From: Octopus sinensis
Lineage: Eukaryota
Direction: 5' to 3'
NCBI RefSeq assembly: GCF_006345805.1
Contig: NC_042998.1
Span: 76,694,001-76,758,000, forward strand
DNA length: 64,000 nt
The position numbers and the translations under genes were made by a program. Below are positions 1 to 12,144 of this stretch, piece after piece; the stretch's first letter is position 1, and each line of letters starts with the position of its first letter. The notes beneath the pieces are model-generated. The model had not been told where the DNA came from. It did no database searches and was given only the letters and a program-made list of their open reading frames with translations.

Positions 1-747
1 AAGAAAGAAAGAATAGAACGATTGCCCATGTCCAATTTATATTATAGATATACACCAGCGTCCGTTTGAATAAATATGTAAATATACATTTTTCCACCTC
101 CACTCCAGCCCAAACTACATTCATAAATACCAATCACAATTCTTCAATATATAGATTGCTTTATCGAACTTGACATAATCGAAAAAGAAGACATTAAAAA
201 AAAATTAAGACAATGCACAACATAATGACGCATACACCATATCTCACAAAAAAAACAACTAACCAGCCAAACCATTATTAATTCTCATATCCTGAGGGAA
301 ATTCAACTCCATCCCACCCTTTAAACTCTCACTAATAGTGACGTGGAAAGAGACACATACTCATATGACATGTATGTCACATATGTATGTGTGTGTGTGT
401 GTGTGTGTGTATGTACGTATATATATATGGACAGAAACAAATACAATACTAGTACATTGAATTTTAAAAATTAAAGAAAGAGGGAAAAAACCTAGTAAAA
501 GAGACACTGTTTTAATTCCTATTTGTCTTTCAAATATTATTTTCAATATTCTTCTTATTCAATACAACTGTATGACAATAAAAATTTTACCCGTTACACG
601 TTAAAAAGACAAGTAGAAATGTATATTTTTATTATGTTTTATTTTTGTTCTAATTTTACATTTTGAAAGAATTTTGTAAAAGTGTTGATATGTGGAAAAG
701 AAAGGGTGAATACATGTGTATGTATGTATGAGTGTTTATATATATAG

Positions 748-802
<55 letters not shown>

Positions 803-1482
803 ATATATATACATATATGTGTGTGTGTGTGTGTGGTTAGTTTGATTTAGAAAAATATACGGATACATTCATTTATATAAACATATATATAATGTGATAC
901 CAAGATGATAGAGATAAATATAAATATAAATATAAATACAAATACACATGAATATCTACTGTGTTACATAACAACAGAAACGTACGCACAAATAAACTCA
1001 TATTTACAAGCATTCCTATTGATAGATATATATATATCGATAGGTCGATGGAATGAAATTAAGAAAGACATCTTAAGAAACAATAGACATATACAAGATT
1101 GATATAGAGCGAAAGATTGAATATAGTAAGTACACATATTGAAGCACCGATATACACACATATACATATGCACACATGTCATGTGCACACACACACACGC
1201 ACAAATTTATAGCTATATATGTATACGTATCTGTGCATATGTGCACATTTGGACGCTCACACATACATACATATTTCAGTACATGCATGTCTGGATGCGT
1301 GTATACATACGCACATATATATGTATGTGTTTTTGCATGTGTGTATGTATGTATGTATGTATGTATGTATGTATGTATGTATGTATGTGTGTATGTATGT
1401 ATGTATGTATGTATGTATGAATTTACATATGCGTATATAATTACCTGTCTGTCTCTCTGCCTATCTATCTGTCCATCCATCC

Positions 1483-1568
<86 letters not shown>

Positions 1569-2132
1569 TCTTGATAGTGATCGATAGATGGAAAGCCATA
1601 CATAGATATTGTGCGATAGAGGAGCAGATAGATAGGGAACGTTTAAAGTAGCTTGTCGAAATATGAAGATTAAGAGTGAGAGGCGAAAATAGAAAACTGA
1701 AATGAAATGAAGAGAAAAACCTAGAATATGACGCAAAGGGAAAGATTGAGAAGGGAGAGAGAGAGAGAGAAAGAGGAAGAAAGGGAGAGAGAGGGAGATC
1801 GAAAGAGAGAGTAATAAAGAAAGTATGATATAGAATGAAAGGAAAACAGATGATGAGAGAGCTGTCTATGGATATTGACGGAATGATGCTTAGATATTAT
1901 TACAAGCGACAATATCAATTAATGAACTGTTGACAAAAGAAAAATCTGAGGTGTTGGTTATCACTTCAATAATCATATTTAAAATCTTACTTTACAATTT
2001 TATACATTCGTCATGATTGTGATCTTCAAGTATTCATTTTTCACTCGTGTATTGTGTCATTTTATTAGTTATTATTATCGTTATAGAAATAAAAGTAATA
2101 ACAATAAAAGAATGGCGATGATGATGAGGATA

Positions 2133-2173
<41 letters not shown>

Positions 2174-2230
2174 CAACAACAACAATAATAATAACAACAA
2201 CAACAACAACAACAACAACACAACAACAAC

Positions 2231-2265
<35 letters not shown>

Positions 2266-2357
2266 ATTTTACTATATATGCTCAACTGTTACTTATTTTA
2301 TTGATCCCGATACCACCCTGAAACGATGGAAGGCAAAATCGACTTCAGCGCCTGAAC

Positions 2358-2409
<52 letters not shown>

Positions 2410-2417
2410 TAATAATA

Positions 2418-2451
<34 letters not shown>

Positions 2452-2599
2452 CGATGATGATGATGATGATGATGATGATGATAGCAGCAGCAACAGCAAC
2501 AGCAATAATTGTTTTCAACTTAGGCCCAAATAGTCCATATAAAATGTTATATGAAAACGGGGAAGTGTAATGACGTTACATAATAGAAGTATTAAGAAT

Positions 2600-2647
<48 letters not shown>

Positions 2648-2664
2648 TATATATATATATATAT

Positions 2665-2715
<51 letters not shown>

Positions 2716-2789
2716 CACATACATATGTATAACTATATATATATATAAAATGTAAATACATACAACAATTAACATAAGATGTAATCTAG

Positions 2790-4290
2790 ATTAGAAACCA
2801 AAAACAAGAAGACTTTCAAGGTTACATGATCACAACCGAGTGGGCACTTGGTACGTACGTTGTTCTTGAGCACAGCATAAGTCTGATCTTGTTCCACTTC
2901 TCATTGTAGAATTTCATGCACCCAAAAGTGCCCATTAACATTCTGTCCATAATCTTCTGAGAACTGCAGCTTCACTTGTTAATTGATTTCTACTGGTGTT
3001 TTGAGTAAATTTCTATCGTTCTTTGTATTCGGTTCCTGTGTTTTCTTTTCGCACTTCGTTTGTTTTGTTCCACGGATGCGTTTCTAAGTCTAGAAGGTTT
3101 ATTTTATCAACTATTATATATTCATGCTATTCTCTTTTCATGTTTTACATCCCTTTTCGTGGAGCTGGTTTTGTTCACGTGAGTTTTCACTCCTCTCCAG
3201 TTTCCATAGCTCCTCATTGCTTTAAGATGATTGGGTAATACTATTGGAATAGGAGTGAGCCCCTGCGAGTCAGCTTCTGGTATTCAGGACAAAAGAATTC
3301 TTACTCTTTTTCTTTGCTGTAGATCACACCTTTCTTCAAGCTTCCTTCAATCTTCGTTGTTCTCAGTGACGATAAGTGGTGTACAGATTCATTCGTCTTC
3401 CAGCTAAGTTGGTTCCCCTCTTGCGATTTCGGAACTTCGACCGATAGTACTTTAAGGGCAGTAGTATTCTTTGTAACATGCTGATGATTCTGCAACTGTT
3501 CCATTTCCTTTTGTCTTTGCTGCATTTGTGAGCAGAATACTCTCCTGTTGTTTTTCTACCACATGTCTTGCAGATTGGTTCCCTGCCTTGCGCATTCTGT
3601 TTCATCGCCTTTTCTTTTACACCCACAACTCGAGATGGTATGGTCTGGTGGTCTTCGGTATTACGAGGATTTGTATGTCTGTTGGGATCCCAATCAATGA
3701 TACATTCTTCGAGACCTCAGTTCTAAATGCCTACCCATACTAATCTACAAAAGCAACGAGTAACGAAGGGTCATTGTTGTGCGAATTTCCTTGATCTTCG
3801 TATTTTATCGACTCAAGTACAGTATGATCACACGAGTATGATCAAATGTGTATCGGATCTATTCAGTCTGTTTGCGATCCTCATCCTGATTCCTTAAATC
3901 TACATTCAGTACGCTTTGTCCCGATTAACTACCTATAACTGTTTCTCCGCTAGTATAAGGAACGGGTCCATGTCCCCTGATAAGACAGATACACGTGATT
4001 GTTTTCTTTCTCATACTCCAATAACACTGTTAGAGAAGATGAAACACGTGCAATAATTATTGTAAATCTACGAAACAAAATCCTTCAAGTCATGATCATT
4101 CCCTGTTTTTTTCTCGAACATTGGGTATCGTATTAATGGTCACGTTAATGGTGTTATTTCTAGAAGAGCTATCGGCACTCTAGAGTTATCTTCATTTGCT
4201 CATGTATGGATATACCCAGTGCCTACTATAGAGACGGTAGAGCTCTATCATTATTCCAGAAACAATAAGTAGCGGGGTTCGCATCTGCCG
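2790..4290 (-). pseudogene. Decayed non-LTR retrotransposon (I/Jockey group) ORF1 gag-like region plus start of an APE-type ORF2
   Basis: With frameshifts, the minus strand gives three successive degenerate zinc knuckles (CGCKRKGDETEC; CKTCGRKTTGEYSAHKC; K[W/C]NSC..NHQHVTK.YCP) followed by EVPKSQEGNQLSWK. Near 2960-2860, GQNVNG and DLCCAQEQ resemble the APE N-terminus (WNVNG, DIICLQET). Many stops and indels. Confidence 0.5.
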
Positions 4291-4334
4291 TACGACTCTT
4301 GTGTTTCGACATTGTTATGCTTCATCAGCGACGG
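4288..4334 (-). ncRNA. Degenerate type I hammerhead ribozyme motif
   Basis: Minus strand CCGTCG-CTGATGA-AGCATAACAATGTC-GAAA-CACAAGA-GTC|GTACGG. Both core boxes and a GUC triplet are present; stems I and II each have mismatches. Confidence 0.4.
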
Positions 4335-4464
4335 TCACTGTAGAGGCCAGTGAAAAATGGATTCAGTATCCGTACCTGCTGAGACGCAAGGACACAGAAA
4401 TATGGTCTGATAATGTCATTCATAGCTCATCAGTGCATTTTCACACATCTGGTTTAAAAGGAGA

Positions 4465-4499
<35 letters not shown>

Positions 4500-4526
4500 A
4501 TATATATAATATGTGTGTGTGTGTGT

Positions 4527-4566
<40 letters not shown>

Positions 4567-5039
4567 TGTGTGCGTGTCTGTGTGTACATGTGCGTGTGAA
4601 TATATACGCATATATATATAACCATGTATGTGTGTATATATATATATATATTTATTCATAATAGAATATAAGGATAAAAATCACGTTAATGATTTTTATA
4701 AAGTAGTCAGCATGCTATAAAAATGTATAAGCAATTTATACATTAAATTAATATTAATGTACATATGTATATAATTATATTAAGGGAGCAAGGACGAAAA
4801 CGACCTATCTCCAGCATGCTTCAAGTGCGATAACTTCAAAAAATTACCAAAAACTCCAGATAAATATATACATAGTGAAAAAAAGTTAAAAAGACCTCAC
4901 GTTAATTGTGAATTGGCTCCAATTTATGAATTAAAGCAAAAAATAAGCCTTCTTCCTTCGTTAACACAATACACAGGGAAATATAAGCCCAAATAATTGT
5001 ACATACCGCCCAAAGCCGGTTCACACGTCTACATACAAA

Positions 5040-5880
5040 TATTTGCAAATATTTGCGCATATGTCTAAGCGACCACTCAGTGGAATCTATCTAGTGCTGG
5101 GGTCTCATATTTGTTGTCGGTGAATGGTCAGTCGATTTCTTACAGTAAGCTTTGTTTGACCTGTGTAATCTTCATTACATCCTTGACATTTGATAGCATA
5201 TATTACATTCCATGAAGAACATGTGATTTTTGACGGTAAAAGTATGTCCTGATTTGAATTTGTATGTTGTGTCCTCATTAAGGTTGATGCAGGTTCCGCA
5301 ATTGAGATGGTCAAATTTTTTGACTGTTGGTGTAGGAATTGTGAAGGTAATTTAGCACTTGTTAAGAATTTTTTGGGGACTTTGTCTTTTACTTTTGATT
5401 ATTTTCTGTATTTCGAATGCTTGTTTCATTCTTGGGTTGTATTTTAATAGTGATATGTTCTGGTGGATAATAGTGTAAACCTCTGTGTTTCTTGGGTTGT
5501 GTGTTGTAATAAAGAGTAGATTATTGGATGTATCTGGAACGTTTTTCGTTTTTCGTAGTTCTTCGATATTGATTGCATTGGCACGTACTATCCCGTTGTC
5601 TATTAGCATTAATGGATATTGTCTTTTAAGCAGTTCCTGGGATCTTTTATTATGACTTTCAGGTTTCGAGACAATTGTGCAGATTCTTCAAGCTAGATTA
5701 AAGGGGATATTATTCTTCGTGTGTTTGGGATGGCATGAGGAGAATAGTAAGTATTGTTTAGAATCTGTTTGTAGCGAATATCTGTTTCAATGATCTTATC
5801 TCTTGTGATGATTAGTATATCCAGGAATGGTAGTTGAGTTTTACTGTATTCCATGGTAAAGTTAATATTATTGTTCATGT
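5040..5880 (-). mobile_element. Penelope-like element fragment: RT C-terminus plus GIY-YIG endonuclease, frameshifted
   Basis: ORFs 5693-5878 (FTMEYSKTQLPFLDI), 5352-5609 (LLFITTHNP) and 5105-5314 (NVIYAIKCQGCNEDYTGQT..RNRLTIH) match PLE RT-end, linker and GIY-YIG motifs. Confidence 0.85.
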
Positions 5881-5934
5881 TGTTGATTAGATTTTACACA
5901 CACAAACATATTTTTGTATGTGTGTGTGTGTAAA

Positions 5935-6110
5935 ACGCCGCCCCGCTAAATGGAAACCTTACCTGTCATTGTGGTTTTGTAGCACGAAGCAAAGCAGGCA
6001 TTGCCGTCTACTCAAGGAAACACATAGTCAATTATCCACAAGCACTCGAGCAAAGTGAGTCCTCATCTCGTTCCACTTGCCAAATTCTCGTGTCCATAGA
6101 ATATGATTAC
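5935..6110 (+). mobile_element. Short 3' fragment of an RTE-type LINE
   Basis: Translates to CHCGFVARSKAGIAVYSRKH, resembling the RTE C-terminal zinc-finger motif (compare CQRECLSRIGLHSHSKKC at 56534-56600). Confidence 0.4.
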
Positions 6111-6171
6111 TGCCTTATTTTACTGAACCTTCGTATGTTGTTCACGACGAGAGAATCCCACATGTTTATAT

Positions 6172-6207
<36 letters not shown>

Positions 6208-7523
6208 CCCACTGCCATATATAACACACTATTACTAAATTTTATTCGAACTGAGTCATATTTAAATATCCATATTTGATATTTCTCCGCGCATAAATAG
6301 ACGTTTGATTGAGTGCGGTTTTAACACAAAGAATTCAGCAAGGATGTCACAAAAAAAAATTGCATCAAGATAAAAGTATAAAATACATGGTTTACATCTG
6401 TCCAAAATTTAACTGTATCTACAAATATTGACGGAGCCATCATTTTACTTATTAGTACGCACAGATATCTCAAAATATTCAACACCAAATTTATTTAGGC
6501 AATCTGTAGGTGTGACAGTAATATGGGAGAACAAATCTTTAGCCCTGATAAAGTGTCTACAACCCAAACCGAACTCAGCTGTATGGAAAAGATTAGGTAC
6601 ACTTTTGTCAGACAACGCATGCCGAAAGAAATGGTGTCCAAAGCATTTGCAAGATCGGCAGGCCATAAGGAAAACGCACACATATGGTCAACCTAACTAA
6701 AAATACCGTTAAATCTACATATTCACAGTTCACTAATACACAGTTCCAGAAATAAGTGTAATGTAATTTCCATTTTGAAATATATTTGGTTCCTAAAGGA
6801 GAAGAGGAAAGAACTCCACAATAAAATGGGGGTATCAATGGCCTGTAAGGACACCGTACTTCATTATGCAAACATAATATACTACAAAGTATATTCAACG
6901 CTTTTATAAGTAAATACTTTATTCTCCTGTGTTAGCAGTGTTACTAAATCGCCTGTTAAGGCCATGTCTACAGGTTTTCTATAAAACTAAAAGCCAGCAC
7001 TGGTTTTGTTACGATGATAGTTGGGTAGGATTGGTACTGATGAAGTAGTAAAACTCATGAAATATGGCATATACACTCATTACTCAATTTTCATCTTCGA
7101 TCTCATTATTGTTTATATTAGGTGTACTCGGATACAAACCGTCGTAACAATATCAGTACCGGTAATAATTTCTATTGAAAATCAGTAGAGATATCTTTAA
7201 CAAGTGATAAAATGAAGTACTGTAGCAACGGTTAAGATATACAACGCCCTCTTCAGCAACTATCAACTATATTCAACAGAATATATTATAGTTTCGCTTT
7301 ACCTTGCCATATCTTAATTAGCAAAAAGGTAACTCCTTTCAAAAACTACCATCTTCATTCCTTCTGCTGTGCTTGCGGAATTTGAAATGCTGCCGAGTTA
7401 AAACTCATTGGATAGCCAGAAAGTCGTCACGGAAAACCGAACAGAAATTTAAGCTAAATGTAAATATTAATAAATCAAATGAATAAGCACTCCTTCCCCA
7501 CTAAAAAAGAAATATTCTTACGT

Positions 7524-7585
7524 AATGGCGGTGCCCCAGCATGGCCACAGCTCATGAGCTGAAACTGGAATCAATCAATCAATCA
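7524..7585 (+). mobile_element. Tail-only retrocopy of the CR1/L2-group LINE 3' end with (TCAA)n tail
   Basis: AATGGCGGTGCCCCAGCATGGCCACAGCTCATGAGCTGAAACTGGAA(TCAA)n is nearly identical to 29056-29128. Confidence 0.8.
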
Positions 7586-7949
7586 TTCTATGATAGAAAG
7601 GCCATCGACATCTTCGTCTCATGCAGAGAAACTCTGTTACCTTTTCAAAAAGAAAACACTAAGTTGTGAATTACTACCCTTTATGTGTAACATACAATGC
7701 CTGTGTTAACCAATGCAACAATGATGTTCCCTGTCATTTCGGATTAAAGCACGTTTTTCATTAAAACCCAGCATACTTGTCTGACTGATCGAATGTTCGG
7801 GAAATATAAAATAACGGCGGAAAGCATTTGCAGAATAAATATAATCTTGCGCTACATCAGAGCTTCACAAAATATTTTTTGTATTCTCACTCCTTTTCTT
7901 TTACGAACTTTTTTTTTAATGCCACCTTGTTGCGATTCGGCATAACTAA

Positions 7950-8210
7950 ATATTACAGTTCTATATTTAAGAAATGAGGAATTATGTACATTATTTACAT
8001 TGTTTACATTTGACGGATATTTGTCCTCATCTTGTTTGTTGTTAACACAACGTTTCGGCTGATATACCCAGGTTCGAAATTTCTCCAAGACACCTGATGA
8101 ATGCTGGATGGTATATCAGCCGAAATGTTGTGTTAACAACAAACAAGATGAGGGCAAATATCCGTCATATGTAAATAATGTAAATAATGTAAATAATATA
8201 ACTAAATATC
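7950..8210. mobile_element. Inverted pair of PLE terminal (pLTR-like) sequences
   Basis: ~80-bp arms at 7990-8068 and 8110-8188 are reverse complements; the right copy carries an HHR; same family at 36895-37031. Confidence 0.7.
8089..8134 (+). ncRNA. Minimal type I hammerhead ribozyme (PLE-associated)
   Basis: GACAC-CTGATGA-A-TGCTG(GATGGTATAT)CAGCC-GAAA-TG-TT|GTGTT. The inverted arm and the 37000 copy read GAAACGTT, i.e. a palindromic loop-less stem III as described for PLE minimal HHRs. Confidence 0.75.
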
Positions 8211-8623
8211 TCATACAATGTTCTTCTCATAGAATGGTCACCATTAAAAACTACTGGTATATGCACAGAGCAATTTATTTATAGAGTACAGAACGCCAGG
8301 GGTTGGTGGCACCTGGCTTGAGAAGCACTACTCTAGACTAGTTAAAGAGTACTATTACTCTCATTCGTTATAACACATACACACACACACAAAGCACAAA
8401 CAACACAGACAGACACACACACAAACACACAGACAGACACAAACACACACAGATACACACGCAACGCACACACAACACATACACACACGCACATACAGAC
8501 ACGCAAACACACACACACAACATACACACACAAAACACACTCGTACATACAGACACAGTTTGTTAATTTGTTTTAAATTGCACTAAACTGACACACATGC
8601 AGACACATACACACACGCACAAA

Positions 8624-8659
<36 letters not shown>

Positions 8660-8867
8660 ACACACCACACACACCACACACACATATGAATGAATAAATC
8701 TATTAAAATACGTTTTGTCCAGTTTATTGTGATCAATATTGTGTTATTTAAATTCTTCATGACACAGATGGTTACTTAAATTTAAACTGAATAATTAAAA
8801 TAAAACCGAAAAAGGAGGGGGCAATAAAATTAGACGTGAAATATGAATGCATTTGTATGTTATTTTT

Positions 8868-9150
8868 AAGGCAAAGTCGACCTCGGCGGTATTTGAACTC
8901 TGCCGTTACGTTCTGAGTTCAAATTCCGCCGAGGACTTTTTTGCCTTTCATCCTTTCGGGGTAGATTAACTAAGTACCAGTCACGCACTGGGGTCGATAT
9001 AATCGACTTAATCCATTTGTCTGTCCTTGTTTGTCCTCTCTGTGTTTAGCCCCTTGTGGGTAGTAAAGAAATAGGTATTTGAATTCAGTGTAGATCGATG
9101 AAATACCGCGCAGCATTTCGCCCGGAGTGCTAACGAATCTATCAACACGC
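8868..9150. mobile_element. Nested SINEs: sense copy (about 8898-9080) inside an antisense copy of the same family
   Basis: 8868-8897 is the reverse complement of 8913-8946; 9100-9150 is the reverse complement of the family head (GGCGG..GTTAGCACnCCGGGCGAAATGC) seen at 14790 and 49360. Confidence 0.7.
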
Positions 9151-9907
9151 CGCCTCTTTTGATGGAGAGTATATTAAAGATAACATGTTTCCAAGAATTA
9201 AATGAGAACAGGAAATTTGAAATAGGCTTGAAGTAGATGGAGACAATATGCTTCATACTTATTCTTTTCGATAACGAGATTCATTAATATCTAACATGTA
9301 TATAACAATTTTGATCGAAAGTAGTTAATTTTCGCAATCTGTTAACTATGAGTCTGTGTGTCTGTCTGTCGCATTTTCTATCCACCTCTCTCTATCTTTC
9401 TATATAGTGCAATCTCCGGTCAGTTTCGATGTGTTAGTCTCCAACGGCCAATATTATAACAGATTATCCACACAAATAGTTTGTTTTCAATGGTGAAAAC
9501 TGGCGCAGGACCAGCCACTCGGTTTGAAAATGCTGATAGCAGACATTTGGTGCGAAAGTTTTCTACAAACTCAATGAACAATATATCTCAAGCTTTTCTC
9601 CTTCTCCTGGGGTAGTTTTCTTCGATATGGTGTAGAGCCTAAACCACTTTGGTTAAGCTATATGCGCTCCTTGGTATCACACGAAAATTTTCTAACATCT
9701 TATGCATGCAAGCATACGTAATTAAGCAAATGAATATATACGTGTAACCGCAGCTGTGTGGTAACTAGAAACTAGAAGCCCGTCGTATACGCACACACAC
9801 CACACACCACACGCACACACAAACACACACAAACACACACATACAGATGCGACAAAGTGATATACGTTTATATTAAGAAATTCATTAGCTTACAGCTGTT
9901 ACCCCTA

Positions 9908-9979
9908 TAAGATGTGGTGGACTCATAATTGAGTGCCTGACTAACATCTGGCACTCAGGAGTGAGTCTACCATATCTTA
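9908..9979 (+). other. 72-nt hairpin (18 bp + 4x4 internal loop + 8 bp + 12-nt loop)
   Basis: TAAGATGTGGTGGACTCA pairs with TGAGTCTACCATATCTTA (two G-U); TGAGTGCC pairs with GGCACTCA. Confidence 0.7.
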
Positions 9980-10216
9980 GAGTGGAAACAGCAGCTGTAC
10001 TTAATAAAGTTCAAAAGAATATCCGTTATTTCAGTGTCGTCTATTTCCTTATTACTTCTCTGTACTCAAGTAACGTTTCGTTCAGAAATATAACATACGT
10101 TTATTGAGTTCTACACCTGTTTATTAGTATCGCATATTATATATAGATATATATATATATCTATCATATATATAGATATATATATATATATAATATATAC
10201 TATAATATATATATAA

Positions 10217-10395
10217 CATCGGTTGCGTGGAGAGTGGAGGCTGTTATGTATGGATGACTGCTGGACTTTCATAAAGATCCCTGCCCGGACTTGTACTTCG
10301 CGGGGTAAGTTTCTACGTGTAATCCCATAGTCATCCATGTCCGAAGAGGGAATGGGGTCTTTACTATATATATATTATTCTTTTCCTTGCTTCAG

Positions 10396-10473
<78 letters not shown>

Positions 10474-10870
10474 TATATTATATTATATATATTATATTAA
10501 TATATATATATATTTAAAGATACATGGCTTAGTGGTTCGATCGTCGTGCTCACAATCGTGAAGTAATCAATTCGGGCTGTGTTGTGTTATTGTGCAGGAC
10601 ACTTTATCTCACGCTGCTCCAGTTCACTCATCAGCAGAAATGAGTTACTGGTACCAAGCTGCGTCGGCATTTGCCTTTGTCTTGGATAACATCGGTCGCG
10701 TGGAGAGTGGACGCTGTTATGCATGGATGACTGCTGGACTTTCATAAAGAACCTTGCCTGGACTTGTACATCGGAGGGTAAGTTTCTACGTGTAATTCCA
10801 TAGTCATCCATGTCCAAAGGGGAAATGGGGTCTTTACTATATATATTATTCTTTTACTTGCTTCAGTCAT
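10217..10870 (+). mobile_element. tRNA-derived SINE (about 10520-10850) preceded by a tandem partial copy (10217-10350)
   Basis: Head TGGCTTAGTGGTT at ~10525; body CATCGGT.GCGTGGAGAGTGGA..CTGTTATG repeated at 10217 and 10690; homolog at 53630-53845. Confidence 0.7.
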
Positions 10871-10920
10871 TATCATCATCATCATTATTATTATTATTAT
10901 CATTATTATTATTATTATTA

Positions 10921-10989
<69 letters not shown>

Positions 10990-10991
<2 letters not shown>

Positions 10992-11070
10992 CGGTCACTG
11001 CCTGGAATCGATTTCTTGGGGCTAGTAGCCCGCGCTCTTAACCACTACGCCATATGCCTGTGGGCATAGG
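10990..11070 (-). mobile_element. tRNA-like SINE head fragment
   Basis: Minus strand GCATATGGCGTAGTGGTTAAGAGCGCGGGCTACT...TCGATTCCAGGCAGTGACC with A-box and B-box-like motifs. Confidence 0.6.
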
Positions 11071-11109
11071 AATTATAATAATAATGATAATAATAATAAT
11101 AATAATAAT

Positions 11110-11539
11110 AAATTAAAACCCAAAAGACGTAAATGGACACGTGAGGAATACATTTCTATCTTACACGCATACTTCACAGCAATGCTCTACCCACAAAATG
11201 AAAATACAACAACACATACATATAAAATATGGAAGGAAAATAATACAGATATAGACTTGGATACAGCAATGGACCCTAATAAATTAGCTAACGTACGAAG
11301 ATACATTCTCAAAGCCAAAAAAGTATCAGAAATAGAAATAGAACATTTAAAAGAAAAAATACACCAGGAAAACACATATAACATACAGAAAATTGCACTA
11401 CTAGGCACTGCACACATCCTACGCAGAACACTTTCCATACAATAACCATCAGATCATCACAACAAATCACAGCACATACCCAAGGCACACAGAGCTGCGC
11501 TCGGTAGTGAAGTGAAAGCACGCTATAAAAATAAAACTA

Positions 11540-11593
<54 letters not shown>

Positions 11594-11610
11594 CATGATA
11601 ATAATAATTC
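11110..11610 (+). mobile_element. Internally deleted R4/Dong (RLE-type) non-LTR element in (AAT)n
   Basis: One open frame KPKRRKWTREEYISILHAYF...NKLANVRRYILKAKKVSEIEIEHLK (Myb-like N-terminus) is joined to IQKIALLGTAHILRRTLSIQ* (R4/Dong C-terminus), then a 3' UTR and an (AAT)n tail. Confidence 0.75.
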
Positions 11611-11767
11611 CAAAAGCTTATAATGAATGGGATATGTGGCGTATCTGTCATTTTGTTTCGAAGCAGAAACAAGTTTTAGTCGATAAATCAGGGTCTCACA
11701 TTCAAACATACTCATTCAGACACAGGCACATACACATACACACACACGTACGCACGCACGCAACACA

Positions 11768-11837
<70 letters not shown>

Positions 11838-12077
11838 GTTCGTACACGTACACACACGCGCTTACACAGCGAATGTACCAAATCTTATCTGAAAATGTTA
11901 ACTTTTGAAATATAGTGTAATGATGGTGAAAATGTATTTGGAGGGACGCTTCAATGATTTTAGGATGTGTGGAAATACTTACAATGACAGAGTATGAAGT
12001 AAAAGGTATTTAGATATCAACCCAAAGTTCTAGACGCTCAGAGTTTAAATATATTTCATTGTGCATATATATGTATG

Positions 12078-12139
<62 letters not shown>

Positions 12140-12144
<5 letters not shown>

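Noticed and set aside
1-350. A/C-rich segment that might be a decayed LINE
   Set aside because: No convincing protein motif in any frame.
4400-4440. CTGATGA on the minus strand (also 3481, 10628, 24253, 24514, 25356, 29963)
   Set aside because: No correctly placed GAAA box and stems; not hammerheads.
6300-7400. Unique-looking region with 60-96 aa ORFs and hydrophobic stretches (possible receptor pseudogene)
   Set aside because: Frames are broken by stops; no recognisable motif or supported splice structure.
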